The translations under genes and the position numbers were made by a program. From positions 1 to 64,000 of the forward strand of contig JAWODC010000040.1 in assembly GCA_046483495.1 (NCBI GenBank): a stretch of DNA of 64,000 bases, given 5' to 3'. Below the pieces are notes generated by a model, which was given only the letters and a program-made list of their open reading frames with translations, did no database searches and was not told the origin of the DNA. Below, piece after piece: positions 18,280 through 27,422 of the stretch. Source of the DNA: Desulfobacterales bacterium (lineage in GTDB: Bacteria > Desulfobacterota > Desulfobacteria > Desulfobacterales > UBA5616). Positions within the stretch are counted from its first letter, which is position 1. Each line of letters starts with the position of its first letter.

Positions 18280-18441
18280 GTGGAAGAGACGGCCATTATC
18301 GGACTTTCCATGCATGAATCGAGAGAGCATGCGGATGCCATGCTTTCGGCCGGTGCTTTCGCTTACTGCACCAAGGACGGAGGAACCGATGTTATACTTT
18401 CCGCGATTCGGGGAGATACTAAGGGAAACTTGTCCAGGTAA
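18280..18441 (+). pseudogene. C-terminal half of a response-regulator receiver domain
   Basis: Unlisted frame reads VEETAIIGLSMHESREHADAMLSAGAFAYCTKDGGTDVILSAIR; the phosphoacceptor half is missing. Confidence 0.65.
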
Positions 18442-18532
18442 TTTTTTCTGCGCCAACAGCGCACTATCGATGTAACCCTAAAGCGGTAGAAAAACGGATG
18501 AGAGGTAATGGGGACGTTAATCCGAATGAAAT

Positions 18533-18793
18533 TCATTCATAATGGGTCCACATCCTGATGATTTTAATAATTTTATCAGACTCCAGGACCTGGTAAACCA
18601 AGCGGTGCTGAATGTTTATACGTCGGGAAAACGCCCCGGACAAATCACCCAACAGCTTTTCGAATGGGGGAGGCGTTTTGTAGGGATTTTCATGCAGGGT
18701 TTCAATCAACTGCTCGGCTTTCGAACGTAATCCTGCAGCCGATAATTTTTTAGCGTCTTTTAGAGCTTGTTTTGTGAAAACGACCCGCCACAT
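18533..18793 (-). CDS. yoeB: Txe/YoeB family toxin
   Basis: EKLLGDLSGAFSRRINIQHRLVYQV...MWTHYE. Confidence 0.92.
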   Translation of the reverse strand: MWRVVFTKQALKDAKKLSAAGLRSKAEQLIETLHENPYKTPPPFEKLLGDLSGAFSRRINIQHRLVYQVLESDKIIKIIRMWTHYE

Positions 18794-19035
18794 TACCAGT
18801 CAATATCCCGGGTGCATTCTTCAACCGGCGTGGCCAAACCTTTCCGGATCGATTCTCTCATACCGGGGATATTCAGAAGATAGATCGTTTCCTGTATAGA
18901 GCGCCAATCATCCTCTGAGATAAGTACGGCATTACGGCGCTTGCCCTTTATGATAATCGGTTCATGGGCAGTTGCTGTTTCATCGATAAGCCTGTAAAGC
19001 TTGGATCTTGCTTCGGTAGCAGTGAGTGTCGGCAT
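18793..19035 (-). CDS. yefM: Phd/YefM family antitoxin
   Basis: TATEARSKLYRLID..HEPIIIKGKRRNAVLISEDDW; stop overlaps the toxin start. Confidence 0.92.
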   Translation of the reverse strand: MPTLTATEARSKLYRLIDETATAHEPIIIKGKRRNAVLISEDDWRSIQETIYLLNIPGMRESIRKGLATPVEECTRDIDW

Positions 19036-19066
19036 GATTTACCTCCCAGTAACTTCCATATAACCT

Positions 19067-19093
19067 GGTACGTTAATACGTACGTTTTGTCAA
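19067..19093 (-). promoter_or_regulatory. Promoter/operator of the toxin-antitoxin operon
   Basis: Minus-strand TTGACA at 19088-19093; two GTAC cores at 19068 and 19080, 12 bp apart as in yefM-yoeB operators. Confidence 0.6.
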
Positions 19094-19100
19094 GCTTTTT

Positions 19101-19868
19101 TCATTGGCGGCAACCCGATACGAAGCCGATAGCGGCGGACACCAGAAAAGAAATATCGGCGGAGGCCACACCGTCGAAGCCCAGCTCGAAATTCGCCTTG
19201 GCCGTCGCTGGGTCGGCGGCCAGCGTCAGGCAGAATTTACCGGCTTTTTTGCAGGCGCTCAGCGCCCGCTGCACGGCTTGTGTAAATTCCGGATCGGTAA
19301 ACTGCATGGCTTTTCCCATTGCGATCGACAGGTCGTATGGGCCTACGAATATTCCGTCAACGCCGTCGAGCGCGGCGATATCTTCGATACAGTCGACGGC
19401 TTCGGGGGTTTCGCACTGAGGGATGACAAGTGTTTCACGATTGCACGTGTCAAAATACTCCGCAATGCTTCCAAATCCGGGCAGCATTCCGAAGCCGCTT
19501 TGACGGCCGGGGCCGAATCCCCGCTGCCCCAATGGCATGTATTTGGCGTATTCGATGACGTTTTCGACCTCGCTCACGGTTTTGATGAACGGCACCAGCA
19601 ACCCCATTGCCCCGATATCCAGCATCTTCAGCACGGAAGACCGCGACGCATCCTGCACGCGGACAATCGGGGTGATGCCGCGCCGCTCGGCCGCCAATAT
19701 CAGAGGAACCGCGGTTTCTGCGTCCAGAGCGCCGTGCTCCGTATCGATGATGACGAAATCCAGACCGGCAAGCCCGAGGCATTCCATCACCGCCGTGCTG
19801 CCGAAAACGGAAAATGCGCCAACGGTTTTTTGCCGGTTTGCCATTTTTTCCCGCAGTTTATTTTTCAT
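19101..19868 (-). CDS. HpcH/HpaI aldolase family protein
   Basis: DFVIIDTEHG, IVRV, PLGQRG, PQCET, FVGPYDLS. Confidence 0.9.
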   Translation of the reverse strand: MKNKLREKMANRQKTVGAFSVFGSTAVMECLGLAGLDFVIIDTEHGALDAETAVPLILAAERRGITPIVRVQDASRSSVLKMLDIGAMGLLVPFIKTVSEVENVIEYAKYMPLGQRGFGPGRQSGFGMLPGFGSIAEYFDTCNRETLVIPQCETPEAVDCIEDIAALDGVDGIFVGPYDLSIAMGKAMQFTDPEFTQAVQRALSACKKAGKFCLTLAADPATAKANFELGFDGVASADISFLVSAAIGFVSGCRQ

Positions 19869-21064
19869 CAGATTATCCCTTCTTTCTCGAGATCATTCAA
19901 TTGTGCCGAATCGTACCCGGCCAGTTTTCGATAAACCTCTTCATTGTGCTCCCCCACCCGGGGCGGCGGCAGTTCGATAGCGCCCGGCGTTTTAGAAAGC
20001 CTGGCCGAAACGCCGCCCGTCGGTACGGAGTTCAATCCGGGGGATGCCATGTCCATGTATTCGATCATGTTTTCGGATTGGATATGCGGATCATCGAGAA
20101 CGTCATCCGTTCCGCGCAGGGGACCGCATGGAATCCGGGCATTTTCAAGCTTTTCCAGCACCTCGGCAACCGTTTGCCCGGCCATCCACTCGGCGACCAA
20201 CGGGTCAATGCGGTCCCGATGCTCATACCGCTGCATATCCGTCTGCAGATCGGGATCGTCGATCAGCTCCTCATGTCCGATCAGCCGCGCCATCCGCCGC
20301 CACAAGGTGTTCATGATGGTGGCGATAAACACATAGCCGTCTTTGCACGCATAAAGGTCTGAAGGCCCGATGTAAGCGCTTCGGTTTCCGATGATCGGGC
20401 GTACCCTTCCAAACACGGCCGCTTCTGCTATCATTGGTGCGACGTAGGTCAAAGCGGTCTGGAACAGGGAGGCATCCACGAGCTGCCCTTCCCCGGTAAT
20501 ATCTCGGTGCCGAAGCGCGACCACTGTGCCGAACGCCGCAACCGCACCGGTTCCGTGGTCCATGGGATTCATGAATGCACGGATCGGGGGCTTGTCCGGA
20601 AACCCGCCGATTTTCATCGCACCGGACATGGCCTGCACGATAAAATCGAACCCGCCCTTGTTTGCGTAAGGGCCGGTGCTGCCGAAGCTTGAAATGGCCG
20701 TCACGATAATGCGCGGATTGATGCGGAATAACGCTTCATAGCTCAGGCCGACCCGCTCTGCGGCTTTCGGTGGAAAGCTGTGGAGGACCACATCGACCTG
20801 CTTGACGAGGTCTGCCAATACACTGCGGGCTTTTGGATCACCGAACAGATTGAGGGTGATTCCCTTTTTGTTGCGTGCATAGTTGGCAAAAACGAGATTT
20901 TCACCGTTTGAACCGGTCAATCCGTAGGTCCGGTCCTCTTCCCCCCCGGGGCGGTCGATACGAATGACCTCCGCCCCCATATCGGCAAGCAGCATGCCGC
21001 AATAAGGGCCTGCGACAAACCTGGAAAAGTCCAGGACCCGAATGTCTTTCAAAACGCTTTTCAT
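19868..21064 (-). CDS. CoA-transferase family III (CaiB/BaiF)
   Basis: IRVLDFSRFVAGPYCGMLLADMGAEVIRI, FGSTGPY, catalytic Asp in PMDHG. Confidence 0.92.
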   Translation of the reverse strand: MKSVLKDIRVLDFSRFVAGPYCGMLLADMGAEVIRIDRPGGEEDRTYGLTGSNGENLVFANYARNKKGITLNLFGDPKARSVLADLVKQVDVVLHSFPPKAAERVGLSYEALFRINPRIIVTAISSFGSTGPYANKGGFDFIVQAMSGAMKIGGFPDKPPIRAFMNPMDHGTGAVAAFGTVVALRHRDITGEGQLVDASLFQTALTYVAPMIAEAAVFGRVRPIIGNRSAYIGPSDLYACKDGYVFIATIMNTLWRRMARLIGHEELIDDPDLQTDMQRYEHRDRIDPLVAEWMAGQTVAEVLEKLENARIPCGPLRGTDDVLDDPHIQSENMIEYMDMASPGLNSVPTGGVSARLSKTPGAIELPPPRVGEHNEEVYRKLAGYDSAQLNDLEKEGII

Positions 21065-21422
21065 TGTGATCTCCGTTTTGTGGAATGGAAAGAGGCTTGG
21101 AGCCGTCTCGAAACGATCGATCACCCGTGTTCCCGCTGCGGTCTTCTTCACAACCATTCACATATTCGACTTGATCCGTTTCGCTGTCGGTGCACGCCTC
21201 GCCCTTCAACGTGTTCACCATATCAAAACGGGTTGGCTTGGGATCGGGTTTTCTCGGGTGAGTTTTTTCGAATATTCAAACTACCATTTACAGGCGTTTT
21301 GTGCAACCGGCTGTTCGCATCACGAATCATTTTCGATGACCGGTGGAACATTTACACACCACCGGACAACTCACTGGTGTATAATGGGTATGCCTGCTGT
21401 TTGGAATTTCCCGTGCCGTCAT

Positions 21423-21745
21423 CTGGCCCAGGGAGTATTGGCCCTTGCCCTTTTGGTCTGCAATATGTCATAACCTGGTTCAGCGTCAGGTTCGGGTGGG
21501 TCAAGCGGGTGGTTGCCGGTGAGCCGTAACTCATCTTTTTTCGCGGGGATTATCTCACGCTTGCGATGCGGCGGGTAAGGGTCACGCATAACGAAATCCG
21601 CGCGGCGATGCGTTCGGCCGGATTTTCAACCATCGAAGAGGTCGAGGCGGTGGTCCTGGAAACCGACGGCTCCTTCAACGTCCTGAAACCCGGCGCTGCT
21701 TCCGGCACTTCGAGCCTCACGGGGGTGGCGCGGGAAAACCGGTGA
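21423..21745 (+). pseudogene. DUF421/YetF family pseudogene
   Basis: LAQGVLALALL, then a frameshift to GLQYVITWFSVR..AGEP-TAA-LIFFRG..EIRAAMRSAG..VEAVVLETDGSFNV; 5' part missing. Confidence 0.75.
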
Positions 21746-21819
21746 GACGAGCGAGACGGGAGGGGGCTCGATGAATTGAGTGATAGGACCTTCAACAATC
21801 AATAAGGGGAGAAAACAGC

Positions 21820-22584
21820 ATGAATCAGACCATTCGCATAATGCCCTGCTTGGACATGCAAAACGGACGCGTGGTAAAGGGAGTTCATTTTGTCGACATA
21901 CGGGATGCCGGTGATCCGGTGGCGTGCGCCCGGGCGTATTGTGAGGCCGGCGCCGATGAAATCGCCATGCTCGACATCACCGCCACCGTTGAAAACAGGG
22001 CGACCATGCTCGACGTGGTCAAACGGGTTGCTGAAGTGATAACGGTTCCGTTTACCGTCGGTGGGGGCATTTCGGATGTTCAGTCCGCGGAGGCCGTCCT
22101 CGCCGCCGGAGCGGATAAGGTTTCCACCAGCAGTGCAGCTTTCCGAAAGCCCGAAATCATCGGCGAGATGGTCAAAACCTTCGGTGCGGACAGGGTGACC
22201 GTTGCCATCGATGTAGACCAAAACAATGGGATGCCGTCCGGTTATGAAGTATATATCGATGGGGGCAGAACCGCCACCGGATCGGATGCGGTCGAATGGG
22301 CAAAGCATGTGGACGGATACGGCGTGCCGGTCATTCTTCCAACCAGCAAAGCCGGTGACGGGGCCCGGACCGGGTATGACCTGCCGGTAATCCGGGCCAT
22401 GAAAGAGGCGGTGCAGGCTGAAATCGTAGCATCCGGCGGAGCAGGAAAATTAGAGCATTTTCCGGAGGCGGTAAAAGCCGGGGCGACGATTCTTCTGGCT
22501 GCTTCGGTTTTTCATTTCGGCACGATCCCCATTCCGGATTTGAAGCAGTATCTGAAGAGCCGCGGCATGCATGTGAGGGAATGA
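21820..22584 (+). CDS. hisF: Imidazole glycerol phosphate synthase cyclase subunit, orphan HisF
   Basis: RIMPCLD..GRVVKGV.F, GADE, LDITA, VPFTVGGGI, ASGGAG, LAASVFHFG. Confidence 0.85.
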   Translation: MNQTIRIMPCLDMQNGRVVKGVHFVDIRDAGDPVACARAYCEAGADEIAMLDITATVENRATMLDVVKRVAEVITVPFTVGGGISDVQSAEAVLAAGADKVSTSSAAFRKPEIIGEMVKTFGADRVTVAIDVDQNNGMPSGYEVYIDGGRTATGSDAVEWAKHVDGYGVPVILPTSKAGDGARTGYDLPVIRAMKEAVQAEIVASGGAGKLEHFPEAVKAGATILLAASVFHFGTIPIPDLKQYLKSRGMHVRE

Positions 22585-22599
22585 CGGGGGAAAATCCTT

Positions 22600-23385
22600 T
22601 TATCGCCTGTCTACGAAGACGTGCTCTTTTGCCACCCACATGGCCGAGCGTGAAAAGTCGATAAATTTGCTTTCGTCCGCATAAGCCGCTTCGTTGGCCC
22701 TGATTCGTTCAGGCATTTCAAAGCCCGTCATCATCCCGGTGCGGTCGAACCAGAGTTCCGCATGTCCCATAAAAGGCGGTTCTTTTGTCCCGCGTGCCTC
22801 CCGCAGCCCCTTTTCAAGTTCATCTTCGAAGCGGTGGACCTGGACATAGCGGAGAATTCCCATTTGCGGGGCCATTCTTCGTATGATCGGCCCGTGGCTC
22901 GTGCGCCAGTAAAGCTGGGCCTCTTCCATCGTCATGCCGGGCAGATGCCGGAGCGGGTAATAAAACTTCAGCAAGGAGCTGTTTTCCAGCGCAACGATGT
23001 TTTCCGGAGACGGGTTGACCTGCGGATACTCATAGGCCGCCCAAATGGGAGAATCGGGCAGATCGATAAATTGTTTCTCATCTTCGATCAGTTCAGCGCC
23101 TGCCGCCCGTCCCTCCTCCGAAGCCGAAGCGGCCATGAAGGCCTCCCGGCCGGTCCACCAGAGCTCTGCGACGCCGTCGTAGGGTTCGAGCATCTTGCGG
23201 TTTCCGGGGAGTGCCGCATTGATGGGATCGTCCAGCGTATGGACCTGGACATACCTGAGAATGTTCAACCTTTCCGCATGCCCTGCGACAAGCGGGCCGT
23301 GCTTCTCACGCCAATAGGTTTGAAATTCTTCAAGCGACAGGTCCGGTTTTCGCCTTAACAGGTACGTCAGCCGAATCATGTGCAT
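22600..23385 (-). CDS. Tandem EthD-domain protein
   Basis: Two repeats of YWR..HGP..RYVQVH..AELW..DE..FID. Confidence 0.85.
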   Translation of the reverse strand: MHMIRLTYLLRRKPDLSLEEFQTYWREKHGPLVAGHAERLNILRYVQVHTLDDPINAALPGNRKMLEPYDGVAELWWTGREAFMAASASEEGRAAGAELIEDEKQFIDLPDSPIWAAYEYPQVNPSPENIVALENSSLLKFYYPLRHLPGMTMEEAQLYWRTSHGPIIRRMAPQMGILRYVQVHRFEDELEKGLREARGTKEPPFMGHAELWFDRTGMMTGFEMPERIRANEAAYADESKFIDFSRSAMWVAKEHVFVDRR

Positions 23386-24523
23386 CTCCTTTCATGTCCG
23401 GATTCGTGTTTGCCGTGTCTGTTTCTTCCGGTTTATGCGATTGAATTTCCGAAAAAAGGGGTTTTGGAGCCGACTTCTGCCAGGCACTCGGCAACGCCCT
23501 GATAATGGCCTGAATCAAGGTGGCAAGCGGGATAGCGAAGAAGATCCCCCAGAATCCCCAGAGGCCCCCAAACAGCAGGATCGAAGCGATGACCGCTATC
23601 GGATGGATATTCACCGATTCCGACAGAAGCAGGGGGGCCAGTATATTTCCATCGATGACCTGTATAACGGCATAGGCCGCCAGCACCCACATCATGTCCG
23701 GCCCCCATCCCCATTGAAAGTAGGCGACCAGGGCGATGGGTATCGTCACCGTAGCCGCACCAATGTAGGGAATCAGAACCGACAGACCGACGAAAAAGGC
23801 CAGCAGCATCGCATATTCCAAGTTAAGGAACTCGAAAACCATGTACGTTCCCACCCACATGATGACGATTTCCCAGCTTTTTCCACGTATGTAATTGGCT
23901 ATCTGCGCATTGACCTCCTCCCAGACTTTTACCGTAAGGGACCGGTCTCTCGGCAGAAACGAGGAACCCCAGGCCAGTATTTTCTCTTTATCCTTCAAAA
24001 AAAAGAAAACCAGCATGGGAACGATGATCAGGTATACCAAAAGCTGGATCAATCCGATAACGGAGGCTACGGAAATGGATAAGATATGCTGGGCGAGGCG
24101 GGTGACTTCTCTTCGAATAATGCCGATCAGTTCATATACCTGTTCTTCCGAAATCAACCGCGGATAACTCTCCGGAAGCTGGAGCAGCATCTGCTGGGCG
24201 GCACCGATCATAGAGGGCAGCTGCTGCACGAGTTGCGTGATCTGGCGGGTCAGCAGGGGAGCCAGCCAGAACAGGGCAAACAGCATCAGCAGCATGAATA
24301 TGAGAAAAATGCCGATTACCGCAATGAGCCTTGGAAAATTCCTGCGGACAAGGGGCTTTATGATGCCGTCCAGAAGATAGGCGATGATGAGGGCTGCAAA
24401 AAGCGGCAACAGCATCCGGCCGAAAAAAAAGACGACACCGAAACCCAACAGCAGCATCACCGCGAGAATGACCACCTGCGGGTTTTCAAAATATCTGCGA
24501 AACCAGGATTTGATCGGGTGCAT
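23330..24523 (-). CDS. AI-2E/PerM family transporter
   Basis: AYLLDG, FFLKDK, NYIRGK, IPYIGA, IDGNILAP, GGLWGFWG. Confidence 0.88.
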   Translation of the reverse strand: MHPIKSWFRRYFENPQVVILAVMLLLGFGVVFFFGRMLLPLFAALIIAYLLDGIIKPLVRRNFPRLIAVIGIFLIFMLLMLFALFWLAPLLTRQITQLVQQLPSMIGAAQQMLLQLPESYPRLISEEQVYELIGIIRREVTRLAQHILSISVASVIGLIQLLVYLIIVPMLVFFFLKDKEKILAWGSSFLPRDRSLTVKVWEEVNAQIANYIRGKSWEIVIMWVGTYMVFEFLNLEYAMLLAFFVGLSVLIPYIGAATVTIPIALVAYFQWGWGPDMMWVLAAYAVIQVIDGNILAPLLLSESVNIHPIAVIASILLFGGLWGFWGIFFAIPLATLIQAIIRALPSAWQKSAPKPLFSEIQSHKPEETDTANTNPDMKGDAHDSADVPVKAKTGPVA

Positions 24524-24732
24524 CGTCTGCATGTCCTCGAGTGAAATTGCCTGATTATTAACGTAAATATCGATAAGAGTAAAGAAATACCGGCGGTGTT
24601 TGACGAAATTCGGCCGCCTCTTGAAAAAAGGGCTGTTTTCATTTAATGGAGACCGTGGTGTGGGATCAAAGCCTTGTTTGTTTCCGAACACCGTTCTGTA
24701 TAACACGATTGGTCTGCCGGGTCTGTTTGATA

Positions 24733-25398
24733 ATGAAAAAGAAAACGTTATTGAGCTGGAGCAGCGGCAAAGACAGCGCATGGGCGCTTAATGTGCTCCG
24801 CCAAAATGCCGGTGTCGAGCTTGTGGGACTTCTCAGCGTGATTAACGAGCGGGCAAACCGGGTTTCCATGCACGCCACGAGAATGGAACTGCTCCGCAGG
24901 CAGGCGAAAGCCGTCGGAACGGCGCTTCATACCATTCTTCTTCCCGACCCCTGTACCGATGCCCAATACCGGGCCGCCATGGGCCGATTTGTCGCCGAAT
25001 CGGCTGCTCGGAAAATTGCATGCATTGCCTTCGGCGATCTTTTTCTCGAGGATGTGCGGCAATACCGGGAAAATCAGCTTAAGGGAACGGGGATCGATCC
25101 GCTGTTTCCGTTGTGGCATACGACGACAAGGGAATTGGCCGACCGAATGCTCGCATCGGGTGTCGAGGCTTATGTCAGCTGTGTCGATCTGAAGAAACTG
25201 CCGGCGGAAATGGTGGGGCTGCGATGGACGCGCGATTTTTTGAGCCGGCTCCCCGCGGAAGTGGATTTGTGCGGCGAAAACGGCGAGTTCCACACCATCG
25301 TGGTGAACGGACCGATGTTTGAGCACCGTATCGAAATCGAAATCGGTGACGTTGTTCACCGGGAAGGATTTGCCTATGCCGATATCATCCCCGTCTGA
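24733..25398 (+). CDS. Dph6-related PP-loop ATP pyrophosphatase
   Basis: SWSSGKDS, FGDLFLEDVR, DLCGENGEFHT. Confidence 0.88.
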   Translation: MKKKTLLSWSSGKDSAWALNVLRQNAGVELVGLLSVINERANRVSMHATRMELLRRQAKAVGTALHTILLPDPCTDAQYRAAMGRFVAESAARKIACIAFGDLFLEDVRQYRENQLKGTGIDPLFPLWHTTTRELADRMLASGVEAYVSCVDLKKLPAEMVGLRWTRDFLSRLPAEVDLCGENGEFHTIVVNGPMFEHRIEIEIGDVVHREGFAYADIIPV

Positions 25399-25464
25399 CG
25401 GCCGGGAATCGAATCCATACTTGAATGATGCGGTCCCGGCCGGGATGTTGGATTAGCTGGAACA

Positions 25465-26271
25465 TTAACGATAGTAAGACATTGCGGTCGGCAGATACTC
25501 CCTGATGTCCTGGATTCGGGTTCCATGAGAAGGGTGTGTGCTCAAGAATTCCGGCGGCGCCCCGCCTTCTTTCTTGCTTTCCATCCGCTGCCAGAAATCG
25601 ATGGCTGCCGCCGGGTTATAGCCGGCCATGGCCATGAAAATCAGGCCGAGTTTGTCCGCCTCGGATTCCTGGAGCCGGCTGTAGGGCATCAGGATTCCCA
25701 CCTGGGCTCCTAAACCGTAGGCGGCCATGAATAATTGCTGAGTTTGCTGCGGCCTTTCCTGCAGGGCAATAGCCAATGCCTGACCGCCGAGCTGGGCGAG
25801 CAATGCCTGGCTCATCCGTTCATTGCCATGCCGGGCAATGGCATGGGCGACTTCATGGCCGATGACAGTGGCAAGCCCGGCCTCGGTTTGGGCGATGTCC
25901 ATAATGCCGCTGAACACCACGACCTTCCCGCCGGGCATGGCAAAGGCATTGGCATTTTCATCTTCGACCAGGATGAACTCCCAGTTGTATCCTGTGATGA
26001 GTTCTTGCATGCCCTGGTCACGCAGATAGGATTCGACGGCGGCCCGAATATCGCTGCCGACCCGCTGAACCGTTCGTGCCTCATCGGTGCCGGTAACCAC
26101 GTCGGCTTCGGATAAAAATTGTCGGTATTGATCGAGGCTGAGGCTGATGACCTGGCTTTCCGGAATCAGGGTCAACTGTTCACGCCCGGTGATCGGAACG
26201 GTGGAACAGGCGGCGATCACCGCACATGCCGTCAGGGCGACAATAAGCGTTCGAACACTTCGTATTTTCAT
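25465..26271 (-). CDS. M48 family zinc metallopeptidase lipoprotein
   Basis: Lipobox IAAC, NAFAMPGG, HEVAH, ESEAD, FLSTHP. Confidence 0.92.
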   Translation of the reverse strand: MKIRSVRTLIVALTACAVIAACSTVPITGREQLTLIPESQVISLSLDQYRQFLSEADVVTGTDEARTVQRVGSDIRAAVESYLRDQGMQELITGYNWEFILVEDENANAFAMPGGKVVVFSGIMDIAQTEAGLATVIGHEVAHAIARHGNERMSQALLAQLGGQALAIALQERPQQTQQLFMAAYGLGAQVGILMPYSRLQESEADKLGLIFMAMAGYNPAAAIDFWQRMESKKEGGAPPEFLSTHPSHGTRIQDIREYLPTAMSYYR

Positions 26272-26339
26272 TGGGTTTGCTCCTTTTTTACAAACTATAA
26301 ATGAAAAGGGGCAAAAAAACAATCCGATCGAAAGCTTAC

Positions 26340-27116
26340 TTACGCATTTTTGATGGTAAGGCCCCCGTCCACCGGCAAGGCTGTTCCGGTGATATATTGG
26401 GACGCCGGCAAGGCCAGCGACAGGATTGCATGCGCGACTTCTTCAGGTTCGGCATACCTTTTGAGGGCCACTCTTCGGGCGGCGTAACGTTTTTTGTTGT
26501 CATCGGTAATCGACGCCGTCATCGCCGTATGGATCGGCCCCGGGCAGATGCAATTGACTGTGATGCCTTCTCCGCCCAATTCCACCGCCAGTGAACGCGT
26601 CAGGCCGACAACGCCCGATTTTGCCGCCGTGTATGAGCTGCCGAATTTCGTGGCCCCCAGCGCCTCGGTGGAGGCGATGTTGATAATCCTGGGATGTTCG
26701 GCTTTTCGTAAATAGGGAAGAGCGGCCCGCACCATATGCACGTGAGCCGTCAACAGTACTGCCAGCGATGTGTCCCATGCACTGAGATACTGATCGTTGT
26801 CGATCGGGCAAAACAGCGAAACGCCGGCATTGTTTACCAGGATGTCGATTCGGCCGAAATCAGCGGCGATCGCTTCAACAACCGGGTAGATCCTCTCTTT
26901 ATCGGCAAGATCGAGGGTCCAGCCTTTTGCGGTAATTCCCTCATCGTTTATGCGGGCGACAACGCCTGCCAGCAAAGTTTCGTCGATATCCACTGCGGCG
27001 ACCTTTGCACCCTGGTCGGCAAACAAAAATGCCGTCGCACATCCGATGCCGCTTGCGGCACCTGTAACGACGACGACTTTTCCCTCGACAGAACGGCTTA
27101 ACGTTGACAATGGCAT
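26340..27116 (-). CDS. Short-chain dehydrogenase/reductase
   Basis: TGAASGIG, NNAG, YTAAK. Confidence 0.9.
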   Translation of the reverse strand: MPLSTLSRSVEGKVVVVTGAASGIGCATAFLFADQGAKVAAVDIDETLLAGVVARINDEGITAKGWTLDLADKERIYPVVEAIAADFGRIDILVNNAGVSLFCPIDNDQYLSAWDTSLAVLLTAHVHMVRAALPYLRKAEHPRIINIASTEALGATKFGSSYTAAKSGVVGLTRSLAVELGGEGITVNCICPGPIHTAMTASITDDNKKRYAARRVALKRYAEPEEVAHAILSLALPASQYITGTALPVDGGLTIKNA

Positions 27117-27422
27117 GATTTTTTTGTCCTTTTTCTGAATGATCAAGATTCGCGATGATAGAAAAAGGACATATCCGGTGTCAAGTTCTGATTTGCGCCT
27201 TGATTTCCGGACAGGCAGCATTTACGCAGTCGGACGGAAAAGGCCATGTCCTGTCGGGCATGCGTCACCGGTCCTTTCAAAACCTTTCATTCACACATTG
27301 ACAAAGCTGAAATCATTGTATAAAAACACCCTTTGACATATAGTCCCACAATTCGGCACTTTCGATATCGTTACAGGGGGATATGCGCAATGCCGGATCA
27401 GCCAAGGAGGCGTTACATCAAT

